Sequence record: NZ_CP097382.1
Reading direction: 5' to 3' (one strand)
Length of the DNA stretch: 64,000 nt
Source: a plasmid
The notes under the pieces are model-generated. The model was given only the letters and a program-made list of their open reading frames with translations, was not told the origin of the DNA and did no database searches. Position numbers and translations under genes: made by a program. Shown piece by piece: positions 21,401-31,269 of this stretch (position 1 is its first letter; every line of letters begins with the position of its first letter).

Positions 21401-22100
21401 TTTGCTGGTTATTTATCTTTATAGTGTATTTTTGAGTGGTTGAATATCCCCACTGAGTAAACGGTTGTATCGTGACTTCATCGATTAGTGTGGGAAGGTG
21501 TTGAGTTGTCGTTAACTCTATAGATTGATTAGGCAAAATATAATTGGATGGCAAGATCCACTGAATATTTCCAGGCAAACTCACAACACTATTGCTTAAC
21601 CTGACGATATAAGGACTAGGGTTGGTTGCGATTAATACGTTTTTTTCATACTTCCACTTTAACAACTCCCAAGGCGTATCATTTTCTGGTAGATTTTTAG
21701 GTTTTATAATAAGAGGAAGGTTTTGGCGAATAGTAAACTTAACCTGATCGGCATCGGGATTTGCTTGAGGTGGAATCCCTTCAAAAATAACTCTCATCAA
21801 TACTTCATGTTTTAACTCTGAATTACTAGTGAGCATAAAGCGGATTAATTGTTTAGCTTTAGGCTCAACCCGGATAAGTTGCGGGGTCGCAATAATTAGA
21901 TCTTGATATTCAGGATCGACATTTACTAATTCTGTTGTTAATAGGACAGGATAGTTATCTGTATTAGTCACTACTATCTCACCATCTTGACTTTTTTCAT
22001 TAACAATAGCAACGGATGTTGCAGGCAGTATACCTGAAGCGAATGATAGAAGAGGGGTTAATAATGAGCCTATTAGTAATAAGTATGTTTTTATTTTCAT
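21393..22100 (-). CDS. periplasmic fimbrial chaperone
   Basis: 235 aa with PapD-like N- and C-domains and a signal peptide. Confidence 0.85.
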   Translation of the reverse strand: MKIKTYLLLIGSLLTPLLSFASGILPATSVAIVNEKSQDGEIVVTNTDNYPVLLTTELVNVDPEYQDLIIATPQLIRVEPKAKQLIRFMLTSNSELKHEVLMRVIFEGIPPQANPDADQVKFTIRQNLPLIIKPKNLPENDTPWELLKWKYEKNVLIATNPSPYIVRLSNSVVSLPGNIQWILPSNYILPNQSIELTTTQHLPTLIDEVTIQPFTQWGYSTTQKYTIKINNQQND

Positions 22101-22159
22101 TTTAGCGGTATCATTTAAATAAGGTAACTAAATTAATTTAACTTAGTTACCTCTAAAAT

Positions 22160-22939
22160 TTAGATATAATTTAATTCAATTGTTGATAAGCCATTGAGTA
22201 ATACTGGTTTATTTTTACCAAACTCTGCAGCTTCTTGACTTACATACGCTTGAACTTGTAAAATTCCGTCATAAATGCTGGCTTCAATAGGAGTTGTTTC
22301 ATTTGCTTTTGCAAAAGACGTTTCTAAATCCATACTGTTTGAAAATAGGTTCCCACCTGAAAGCAACCACATATTGCTTATTGTATTATAATAAATATTC
22401 TGAACTTTATTGCCTGAAAGCGTGGTTAGCGTATTATTTTCGCCCAAGGAACTAATGTTCAAGCTATTAGCTTTGTAACGGACAATATATCCACCAATAT
22501 TTATGCCTGTTGAGGTTTTACCTAATCCAGCCACGCCATTTGAAGCATTTCCTGCGCCAATTCCTAATAATTTAATAGGAAGAGCTGCAAATCCTCGAGA
22601 ATTTTCAGTTGAACCAGCAACGGTACCTAAACGTTTACTCACGGCTGATAATTTAACGGGTGCATTAGCTGAGCAGCGAATTGTAAAACTAGCTTCTTGT
22701 ATTGGTAATGCAGCAAATTTCCCGCCAAAAGCGCCGTCTTCAAATGATAATGTGTCAGGATCGATTAGGCCATAATCGATATTCCCACCACCCGCAATAT
22801 CTAATTCACAAGCTGCGGGGTCAATTCGACCTGTTACGCTAATATCAATAGAGCCAACATTTATGGCTGAAGCTGTAAATGATAAAGCCATTGTAGAAGA
22901 AATAAGGAGCGGTAATAATTTTTTCATATTTGTGTCCAA
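22160..22939 (-). CDS. fimbrial major subunit (unusually large, 259 aa)
   Basis: Signal peptide, a Cys pair and a C-terminal TIELNYI donor-strand motif. It is the first gene of the operon. Confidence 0.7.
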   Translation of the reverse strand: MDTNMKKLLPLLISSTMALSFTASAINVGSIDISVTGRIDPAACELDIAGGGNIDYGLIDPDTLSFEDGAFGGKFAALPIQEASFTIRCSANAPVKLSAVSKRLGTVAGSTENSRGFAALPIKLLGIGAGNASNGVAGLGKTSTGINIGGYIVRYKANSLNISSLGENNTLTTLSGNKVQNIYYNTISNMWLLSGGNLFSNSMDLETSFAKANETTPIEASIYDGILQVQAYVSQEAAEFGKNKPVLLNGLSTIELNYI

Positions 22940-23136
22940 GGTAATTGATTTATACTTATTATAAGTGTATTTGCGGATAAAATATAATTAAAAACCATTT
23001 GCACTTGTAAGTTAATGTTAATAAATTTATTATTCTATTAATTATAGAATAATATACTTCCTGTTTTTCGTAAAATGTATGTTCTATAATTGTATATTCC
23101 TGAGAGCTACTTAGAAAACAGAAAATATCCGGTTAT

Positions 23137-23565
23137 GTATTCAATCTGGTGTGGAATCTGTAATATACGGTAATTTATGGTGAGTATTTATAACCTAGGT
23201 CTATGTAAGGTGCCCATTTTGTCAACGAACTCCTTCAGTGAAAAAATATGGTGTAGGGAGAACACGACATCAACGTTATTGCTGCTAAAATTGATGCTGA
23301 AGCTTCCAAGCGGATTATGAATATCGAACCGGCCAACTCCCGGTACTAAAGATAAAATTATTTATCTTACGAAGAATAATGCCAGTATTTGTGATACTGA
23401 TAGAGCCCTTCATATCAGCATCAATTTGCTTGTTCGTCTGTTAAAATACTCTTGCCGAGGCGGATAACATCTTTGCCGCTTGATAATTTGCACCTTCATA
23501 GAGCGTTTATTGAAGTGATCTCCATATTGAATGCATGACCTCATTTTGTTGCGTAGAACAATCAC
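23137..23565 (+). mobile_element. IS1-family internally deleted derivative (non-autonomous)
   Basis: About 75% identical to the IS1-family element at 39774-40558 across the insA region and both termini (IR GGTYATGYATTCAAT). Most of insB is missing and insA is degenerate. Confidence 0.75.
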
Positions 23566-23592
23566 TGATGTTGTATAGCTTAACGGTGTAGT

Positions 23593-24943
23593 AGACTGGC
23601 ACCTTAGATCTCCAGATAGTTGGAGTCACTTAAATTAGTGATAATCTTAATACTAGTTTTTAGACTAGTTCTTGGAGATAACATGATCGATATATTAGGT
23701 CCTGAAGGCAGAAAACGACGTTCCCCACAAGAAAAAATCGCATTTTTCAGCAAAGCTTTGAGTCGGGTATGAGTGTTTCCATGGTTGCTCGCCAACATGG
23801 TGTTGCTGCAAGCCAGCTTTTCCTTTGGCGTAAGCAGTATCAAGAAGTAAGCCTGACTGAGGTGACACACAGTGACCGCAGGTGAACAAGTTGTTTCTGC
23901 CTCTGAGCTAGCCTCCGCAATAAAGCAAATTAAAGAGCTACAGCGTTTACTCGGCCAAAAAACAATGGAAAATGAACTTCTTAAAGAAGCTGTCGAGTAT
24001 GACCGCAAAAAAAGCGGACTGCGCTCGCGCCCTTATTACCCAAGGATGGAAAATAAGTTTAGTGAGCCGAACGCTACGAGTGTCACGAGCGCAGTTATAC
24101 GTTCTAGTAAAACGAAAAAGCGATTGTAAAGATGGACGAGGACGGTACCCTCAAGGTGATAATGATGCCCTTGCACGTATACACAATGTGATTGATAAGC
24201 TGCCAACGTATGGCTATCGCCGTGTCTGGGCAATACTTCGTCGGCAATCTGAAAATGAAGGTATCGCGATTATAAATGCCAAACGCGTTTACCGAATTAT
24301 GAAGCAATCCGCATTATTATTGGAACGTAAACCTGAAATCCCAGTCTCAACGCGAGCTCATACAGGAAAAGTGTCGGTGAGTGAAAGCAACCAACGTTGG
24401 TGTTCAGATGGTTTTGAGTTCCGATGTGATAATGGCAGAGAAACTGCGCGTTACGTTCGCTTTAGACTGTTTTGATCGCGAAGCCCTTCATTGGGCAGCC
24501 AGCACGGGAGGCTTCGACAGTGAAACCGTGCAAAATGACATGTTAGGTGCAGTGGAGCATCGTTTCGGTAACGGGTTGCCTTCAAAGTCAGTTGAGTGGT
24601 TGACAGACAATGGCTCAGCGTATCGAGCCCATGAAACAAGGTGGTTCGCTAAACAAGTTGGTTTATCCCCTCTAGACATACGGCGGTGCGGAGTTCACAA
24701 AGTAATGGAATAGCAGAAAGCTTTGTAAAAATCATGAAGCGTGATTACATAAGCCTCATGTCAAAACCTAACGGATTAACGGCAGTAAAGAATCTTGCGG
24801 CAGCCTTCGAGAATTATAATGAATCGCATCCTCACAGTGCACTGAGTTATCGTTCTCCGCGAGAATATCTGCGGTGTCGAATTCATAATGAAATAAGTGA
24901 TATAAAGTGTCTGGAAATATAGGGTCAAATACATGTAAATCCA
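23593..24943 (+). mobile_element. IS2-like (IS3 family) element with frameshifted orfA/orfB (degenerate)
   Basis: The left end TAGACTGGCACC...AGATG matches the IS2 IRL. InsC/InsD-like ORFs are broken into 23700-24000, 23972-24475, 24381-24713 and 24686-24922. The right end reads ...AAATCCA. Confidence 0.85.
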
Positions 24944-25075
24944 TGTCTACGCAAAAACTGAGTGATGATAGTGGGTATAAAATGTTTACAATTGAACTCG
25001 TTTAGTGACATGAATTTATCCTAATGAGGCAATTAATAACCTTATCATTTAGGTAATTTTTGGCGATAAGCCCCA
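24944..25075 (-). mobile_element. IS6-family 5' remnant (IR plus the first 22 codons of the transposase), cut by the IS2 insertion
   Basis: Contains GGGGCTTATCGCCAAAAATTACCTAAATGA... and encodes MSLNEFNCKHFIPTIITQFLRR, homologous to the MITE-like copies at 41203 and 52031. Confidence 0.6.
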
Positions 25076-25085
25076 CAAATTACCT

Positions 25086-25375
25086 AAAGCTGGTTCGCGC
25101 ATTGGGGGAACTTAAATACATTTTTTGCTTATCCTAATGATATCTGCAAAGCTATTTATAGAACTAATACTATTGAATCGCTCAACAGAGTCATTCGTTA
25201 TTTAATTGAAAAAAGTAAGGTATTCCTCAACGAGGATTTGTGCAGATAGTAATTTATTTAGAGATTGAATCGGTGTCTGAAAAATGGAGTATGTCAATAC
25301 AAAACTGGAAATAGGCAATCAGTCGTTTTATTATAACGTTTGGTGACCGCCTAGACGGTCACCTTTAAATGAAAG
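25086..25375 (+). mobile_element. IS256-family transposase 3' fragment (multiply frameshifted)
   Basis: Translates to ...FFAYPNDICKAIYRTNTIESLNRVIRYLIEKSKVF... and ...FGDRLDGHL*, which are IS256 C-terminal motifs. Confidence 0.7.
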
Positions 25376-25730
25376 ATAAATGCAAAGAATTATTTACAGG
25401 GCTGTGTTCAGCAATGAGCTCTCTATGCCCCATGTCAATGTTCATAACAAGAATCACCTGTAAATAATACATGAGAAACTTACACTAAATTATCTGCAGG
25501 TTCAACTTAAGCACAAATAACAGTAAATCAAAACATTCTTTAAACCAATCATGTAAAATAGTTATTATTGTTTTTAATTAATCTACTTTAAACAATAAAT
25601 AGAGTTATATTGAATTATTAATTCATCATTCATCTATTTGATTTAAATTATGATACATATCGTATAGCCATAATGAAAAATCAATTATATTTTGTAAATC
25701 ACTCGTATTTTACACATAGGCATATCATGA

Positions 25731-26021
25731 CTATGATTTTTTTATTATCGATGAACTTACATGGTGACATAAATATTCAAAAGGCAGTTCTTCCTTATCT
25801 ATAACCAATAAATCAAACAGTGTAACACCTAAAATTTCACTGATTTCAAATAAAAAATCAACTGTAATTTTGTTGACCCCTCGCTCATAACGAGACACTT
25901 GTTGTTGGCTAATGTTTAACATTCTCGCTAGTTTCTCACCTGTGATGCCTTTTTCCTTCCGAATACAATGTATTTTTTTTCCAATTAATATACTCACCGG
26001 ATAGCCTTTATTCTTCATCAT
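25731..26021 (-). CDS. MrpJ-family HTH regulator at the 3' end of a truncated fimbrial operon
   Basis: Carries the shared HTH motif (KLARMLNISQQQVSRYERGVNKI). Confidence 0.75.
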   Translation of the reverse strand: MMKNKGYPVSILIGKKIHCIRKEKGITGEKLARMLNISQQQVSRYERGVNKITVDFLFEISEILGVTLFDLLVIDKEELPFEYLCHHVSSSIIKKS

Positions 26022-26096
26022 AATATTATATTTCACTCTTTATTGGTGTGATAATACTTAAAAATAACACTACGAATTGTTAATATTGAATAACAA

Positions 26097-27224
26097 TCAT
26101 CTCAATACAATAGATAGCTCAGCACTTCCTTTAATTTTACCGGTGATATCCGTTCCTCGTGAATAGAGATTATATGTAATCGGATAGCTAAAATTCGTAT
26201 TTGATTGGTTTGCATTAATATTGCCGATATTAATGAATTCTCGATTAAACGGAATATTTGTTGGCCTACCATCAATATCAATGGACATCGTGACATAAGC
26301 TCCCGCTTTATTTTCACTGTTGAGTAAATTGACTTCATATTCATTGCCGGAATAATAAAGGACGTTAATACCGGCAGATAATGATAAGGTTGCCGATATA
26401 GGCTCCGTTTTTTGTTGACAATTTACTAATAAGTTGCCACCTGATTTCGTCGCTAATAATTGACCTGCACTTGAATTTGCGGGTTGTGGGCCAAAGTCAA
26501 TCGACGTAGGAACCATCAATGTGCACCCCAAATCACTAACATCAACATTATAGCGCCCCGCTGGCATTACCACTCCTGTTGGGAAGGGACCTGGACTACG
26601 AGGATCTCGAAGCAATAGTTGCAAAGGATTTGGTAAATTTATCCAACCTGACCGTTGCTCGCCTGTCCCATATATTAAGACACGCCCTGTAGCACTGACA
26701 TTATGATAGACTGAAAAACCATCTTTCCCATTATTCGGAGTAGATTGATTGGGAAGCCAGATACATCCATTCGGATTTCCTAAGTGTTGGCTGGTTGTAG
26801 ACCCATAGCCATTAAATATCGCGGTCACCGTATCTTGGAAGCTATTACCCCTTATATTCCAACTGCGATTATCCGTATATATAACCTCAGGGACTAACAT
26901 CAGTGTTTTTTGAGAATTGAGCGGTACCCCCATAACTCCATCAATTTCCATTAAATCTGACTCACCGAGTCTGCAAGCAGTATTACCTCCATAAAAAGTC
27001 AATTGTACGTAGGCACTAGGAAGAAAACTAACCTCATTAAGCGTATTTCCATAGAGTCTGACTGAAAATGATTCCCTCATCACTCCCACTAAGCCTCGGC
27101 CATTTTGCACTACAAAAGAATCATAACTGTATGCATAAGGCAAATAGCCCATTAAAATTAATCCAGCCCAGCATATTTTGATATAGTGGTGAAAACAAAA
27201 TATCAACTGCAATAGTAATTTCAT
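26097..27224 (-). CDS. putative two-domain fimbrial tip adhesin
   Basis: 375 aa with a signal peptide, placed downstream of the usher remnant, with a C-terminal pilin-like region (…GSAELSIVLR). Confidence 0.5.
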   Translation of the reverse strand: MKLLLQLIFCFHHYIKICWAGLILMGYLPYAYSYDSFVVQNGRGLVGVMRESFSVRLYGNTLNEVSFLPSAYVQLTFYGGNTACRLGESDLMEIDGVMGVPLNSQKTLMLVPEVIYTDNRSWNIRGNSFQDTVTAIFNGYGSTTSQHLGNPNGCIWLPNQSTPNNGKDGFSVYHNVSATGRVLIYGTGEQRSGWINLPNPLQLLLRDPRSPGPFPTGVVMPAGRYNVDVSDLGCTLMVPTSIDFGPQPANSSAGQLLATKSGGNLLVNCQQKTEPISATLSLSAGINVLYYSGNEYEVNLLNSENKAGAYVTMSIDIDGRPTNIPFNREFINIGNINANQSNTNFSYPITYNLYSRGTDITGKIKGSAELSIVLR

Positions 27225-27235
27225 GGAATAACACC

Positions 27236-28047
27236 TTAACGTAATGAATTGGAATAAGTGGAGCCAGGAATGCTCAATTGACGGAGTGACGAATACGGGT
27301 TCTCTGCAGCTTCTGCCAAATTAAATTCAGCCCGACAACGCTGAACATCAGTATTTCCCCATTTTACATCAAGGTACCCTATCTCAGATAGACCGGATAA
27401 GTACACCTGACCACCATCCCCAACAATACTGGTGTTTTGTTCAGCAGAGTCGTTGTCACTATGGACAACCACTGTCGCTCCCAACGGTATCATGGCCTCA
27501 CATTTTTAATGTCATTAAGGCTTAATACCCATTTTTCGTTTGAAAATGGGCTTTCACAATTGCTCCTTTAGTGGGGTAAAGATTGATGGAAGTCTCTTCC
27601 GTTGTGATATTTTCAAGAAGCGTATTCACGTCTAAATTCACGGTATTCTTACTGTAATCAATCAAATAAGGCACCACCGTATACCCACCAGAGTCAACCG
27701 TCGCTATTCCTCCGTTTAATGTGCTTCCTACAGTATCAGGTGCTTCAACTACTGCCATTGAGGTCCCCATAAAGCGGCTAAATGTCACCCCGTGGGCATG
27801 AGCAATGAGTCCCCCATTCGCGTTGAGGTTCAAAGATTGACTTTCACTACCATAACTGTAGCCGCCCCCCCAAATACACATTGTCACCTTGATAACCCAG
27901 ATTTAGCGTGCTGTTGTGGTGTTGAGCCTGATTATCCCCACTCGCCGTTAATTGGTAGGTCAAAGCATTATCAAGTAATCGCCCAGTAATCCCTAATTGC
28001 TGATCCGCGCGCCCTTGATTATCGTGACTAATTTTTATTACAAACAA
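27236..28047 (-). pseudogene. fimbrial usher 3' fragment (frameshifted; the 5' two-thirds of the gene and the upstream operon genes are missing)
   Basis: Three overlapping minus-strand ORFs (27847-28047, 27522-27887, 27236-27493) match usher middle and C-terminal domains. Homology ends abruptly at 28047. Confidence 0.75.
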
Positions 28048-28049
28048 AT

Positions 28050-30088
28050 AGATATTATATTTAATATATAAAATGAAGATTGAAAGTTATTATTTTCATT
28101 CATCAATAAATAATTAATCAAAATAATAACCTCTAATTCCGATTGCATCAAAAAGATAAATATTATGGTGATAATAATTAAGGATTTGATTTAAGTAAAA
28201 CTGTTAGTTCTGATCGAGATAGCCTATTGTGATAGGTTATCTCGATCAATCATCAGTTAATGATCGTCGATATCTGAGCTTTAATGTTGTAAATCAATGT
28301 AAATTATGAAATAAATCAAATTCACCCATAAAATCAACTTCAATCATAACAGTACTTGTTATATATTATATAAACATTAGATGCAACTCGTTTAAAACTA
28401 TTGATTATTTAATTTTAATCTAAAAATAATTTCATTCATTACTAGATTAGTATATGTAAAATGTAAACATTCAGAAAACAAATGACGCAAAATATGAGTA
28501 CATTCTAACTAAATATATTTGTAAGCGTCAAATATAATATGAATTCCAATCATTTTTCTCTTATCTAGTTACATTTAGATAATAATTAAAAATTTTTTTT
28601 AATAAACAAATAATTGCACATAAAAATCACTATCGGATAATTAAATTAAGATGGCGATTAAATCTAATAAGAAACAAATAATGATTAAATTAAAGATATA
28701 AAGTCCAGTTTTGGAAAAGAAATAAAAAATAGTTACATTTTGTTACTTTTTGTCTATTTTAACATATTAATCATAAATTATTTATTGGCAATAATTACAT
28801 CAGTATTGTTTAACTCTACCATGTACATTCAATAAAAAACCGGCTGAACGTATAAAGTTCACCAAATTAATTTAAGTGAAATTAATTGATTTAATTGATA
28901 ATTAATTATTTTGAAGCTCATGAAAATCGAGTAATCAAACAACTGTTAAGTGATTGAGTTATAAATTCTGTATTCATTTTAATATATTGCTAGCACACTA
29001 AGCACACTAATCAATAAGAAAAATTTATGTTTTTTTTCGTGCTTCTGTCTACTTAAGCACTGTTGATATGTCATCGATTTGAATTAGGGTGGTATATCAA
29101 TTAGTGATTAATCTATCTAAATAATTATCGCCCCCAAAATATACAAATCATTCAATAATGATAGTGACTAGTTCTGGTGTGGTAAATAGACAGGCATTGG
29201 TATAATGACATTATAAAATGATAACCAAGACCGCAATTGCATAATTTTACATTATCAGCGTAAATTTATTACCTCATTACGAATGAATTACTTACATAAG
29301 TACGAAAAAGTTCGATAAGACGGGAATATTGAGAGGGCTTTTAAAGTAGTGTCCTACTACGGCAAACAACCCCAACAAATTTTGTAAGAAGCCACTTTTA
29401 TGCTCTCAAGTTGCCTAAAATACGACTGCTCGTTAATGTTCTAAAAAGCACTGAGCTTGGTATGAAAGTTGAATTGCTAGAGGATAAATAAAGGATACAG
29501 CCTAGATATTGACAGCAATTTTTTGCTTTTGTTACGTATGTTCTCATATCCGGACGCCTTAAAAGATTGTTCATTTAGTTAAATCTTAATTGGCTGTGGC
29601 TACCGTCCTATTTTAGTCAGAATAATCTATATGCCTAAATCGGCATACAATCGATTTTAAGCATCTTTTTTATATATTCATCCAATCACATTGCATACCC
29701 TAATAAAGTCACTCTAAATCAATTCTGCACAGCCTATTTTTTGATCAATTCTTTTTTTTATCATTATTGCGCTTTACCGTCATTCTCCGCAAATGAGGCA
29801 TTTCGCTTATTTTCCCTTATTTAGTGTGATCGTGATGAAGATCTTCACTATATCTTGTTTATTTGAATGATTAATATTATCCGTGTTATGTAACTTATTG
29901 CGGTTTAAGGGAAAAAACGCAATAATACCTAAATTCAGCAGAGGTAAAAATCGGCCCTAAAAGGTGAAAGGATCCGATGGTCGTCATGCGCGAGTGCGCG
30001 ATTTTTTGTTACCGCGTTATATTTAGTTTTAGTCAATGATAATATTTAAAAGTAATTATTAGTATGGTGATTATTAAGGTGATGTATT
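28050..30088. other. 2-kb ORF-free, extremely AT-rich tract
   Basis: No ORF of 60 aa or more appears in any frame. The tract lies between the truncated usher and the recombinase gene. Confidence 0.8.
29763..29926. promoter_or_regulatory. candidate recombinase-associated switch: 9-bp perfect inverted repeats ATTATTGCG / CGCAATAAT flanking ~146 bp
   Basis: ATTATTGCG at 29763-29771 and CGCAATAAT at 29918-29926, plus a direct copy TTATTGCG at 29896-29903. The element lies about 160 bp upstream of the tyrosine recombinase gene. Confidence 0.3.
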
Positions 30089-30814
30089 ATGTCTACTTTT
30101 TTTCCTGTCAATCCTGAAAGTGGTAAATCAATTTTACAGCGACAATCTCAAGCTCTCTTACAAAATGGTCATTTAGAGCGTGCACGACAATTACGAAATT
30201 TGGCGATAGCGGCTGAATTAGATTGCCCAAAATATTTACTGGCACCAGAAGTAAACCAGCTTTTGCAATTTATTCCCGATCTGCATCAGCGAACGCTGAT
30301 TGATACGTTATGGAATACGGGAGCCCGTATTCATGAAGCGTTGGCATTAACCAAAGGGGATTTTTATCTCGATGAAGAAACCCCATTTGTGGTGTTGCGA
30401 ACACTTAAGCAACGAGAAATACAGACAAAGTCGAAGGAAATTAGAGTCAAGGCGCGTCCTAAACGGATTGTTGCACTCTTCGATCCCCAGTATGTGCAAT
30501 TGATGAAAAGTTACTTTGCGACGATGCGGCTGAAGAATCAAAGCCAGATTTGGCCAATCCAAAGTGATAATACGGTTAGAAATTGGTTACGCTCTGCGGT
30601 TGAACAAGCAGAAGCGAATGGTGTTTCCTATGTTGTTAACCCGATCACCTGTAAAACCTTCCGACACAGCTTTGCGATGCACCTTATTTTTAATGGGGTG
30701 CCCATGAAAGTGATCCAAGCGTATCTAGGACACAAAAAATCAAGTTCAACCGACGTTTATACAAAAATTTTTACGCTTGATGCCATGTTACATTTTGATA
30801 TTTCATTTCGCTAA
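30089..30814 (+). CDS. small tyrosine site-specific recombinase (resolvase/ResD-like or FimB-like)
   Basis: 241 aa. The C-terminal box II (TFRHSFAMHLIFNGVPMKVIQAYLGHKKSSSTDVYT) carries the R-H...Y catalytic pattern. Confidence 0.8.
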   Translation: MSTFFPVNPESGKSILQRQSQALLQNGHLERARQLRNLAIAAELDCPKYLLAPEVNQLLQFIPDLHQRTLIDTLWNTGARIHEALALTKGDFYLDEETPFVVLRTLKQREIQTKSKEIRVKARPKRIVALFDPQYVQLMKSYFATMRLKNQSQIWPIQSDNTVRNWLRSAVEQAEANGVSYVVNPITCKTFRHSFAMHLIFNGVPMKVIQAYLGHKKSSSTDVYTKIFTLDAMLHFDISFR

Positions 30815-31269
30815 TGGGATTAAGTGTTCCCATTACTCTACCTGAATTATATTTCTTCCCCCTATATTTATTGAAAAATAGCAGGAAATTTACAGATAAA
30901 AGCGTTAATTATTTTCGAAATTGAATAAATTGCAATTTTATTCGTCTTTTTCTATTTGATAATGATATTCATTAATGCTGTTTTTAGTACAAGATGAGTA
31001 AAAATACTAATTAAGGATAGGGCTGTGTCATTAGTATATTTAATAAAATTTAATTCTCACACTTTTAATTTCATTTGGAATTTAGAATTTAAATTGGTGA
31101 TTTCAGATTGAAATCTTATTTTTATTTTATTTAATATTCTTTAATATCATGGGTTTATGCTATTTTAAAGCTGTGGGGGAAAATAATTAGCAAAAGATTG
31201 TTTACAATACTAAGCTTATGTAGGATTATGCATCCTAATTAAGAATGCTGCATAAGGAGATAAACTGGT

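Noticed and set aside
28211-28248. A 16-bp-stem hairpin in the AT-rich tract as a terminator.
   Set aside because: It has no adjacent T-run or upstream gene. It is mentioned inside the AT-rich-tract finding rather than annotated as a terminator.
30089-30814. Calling the tyrosine recombinase MrpI (the mrp fimbrial switch recombinase).
   Set aside because: It is 241 aa (MrpI and FimB are about 190-200 aa) and sits next to parAB/repA rather than divergent from a major-subunit gene. It is left as a generic resolvase/FimB-like recombinase, and the nearby IR pair is flagged as a hypothesis only.
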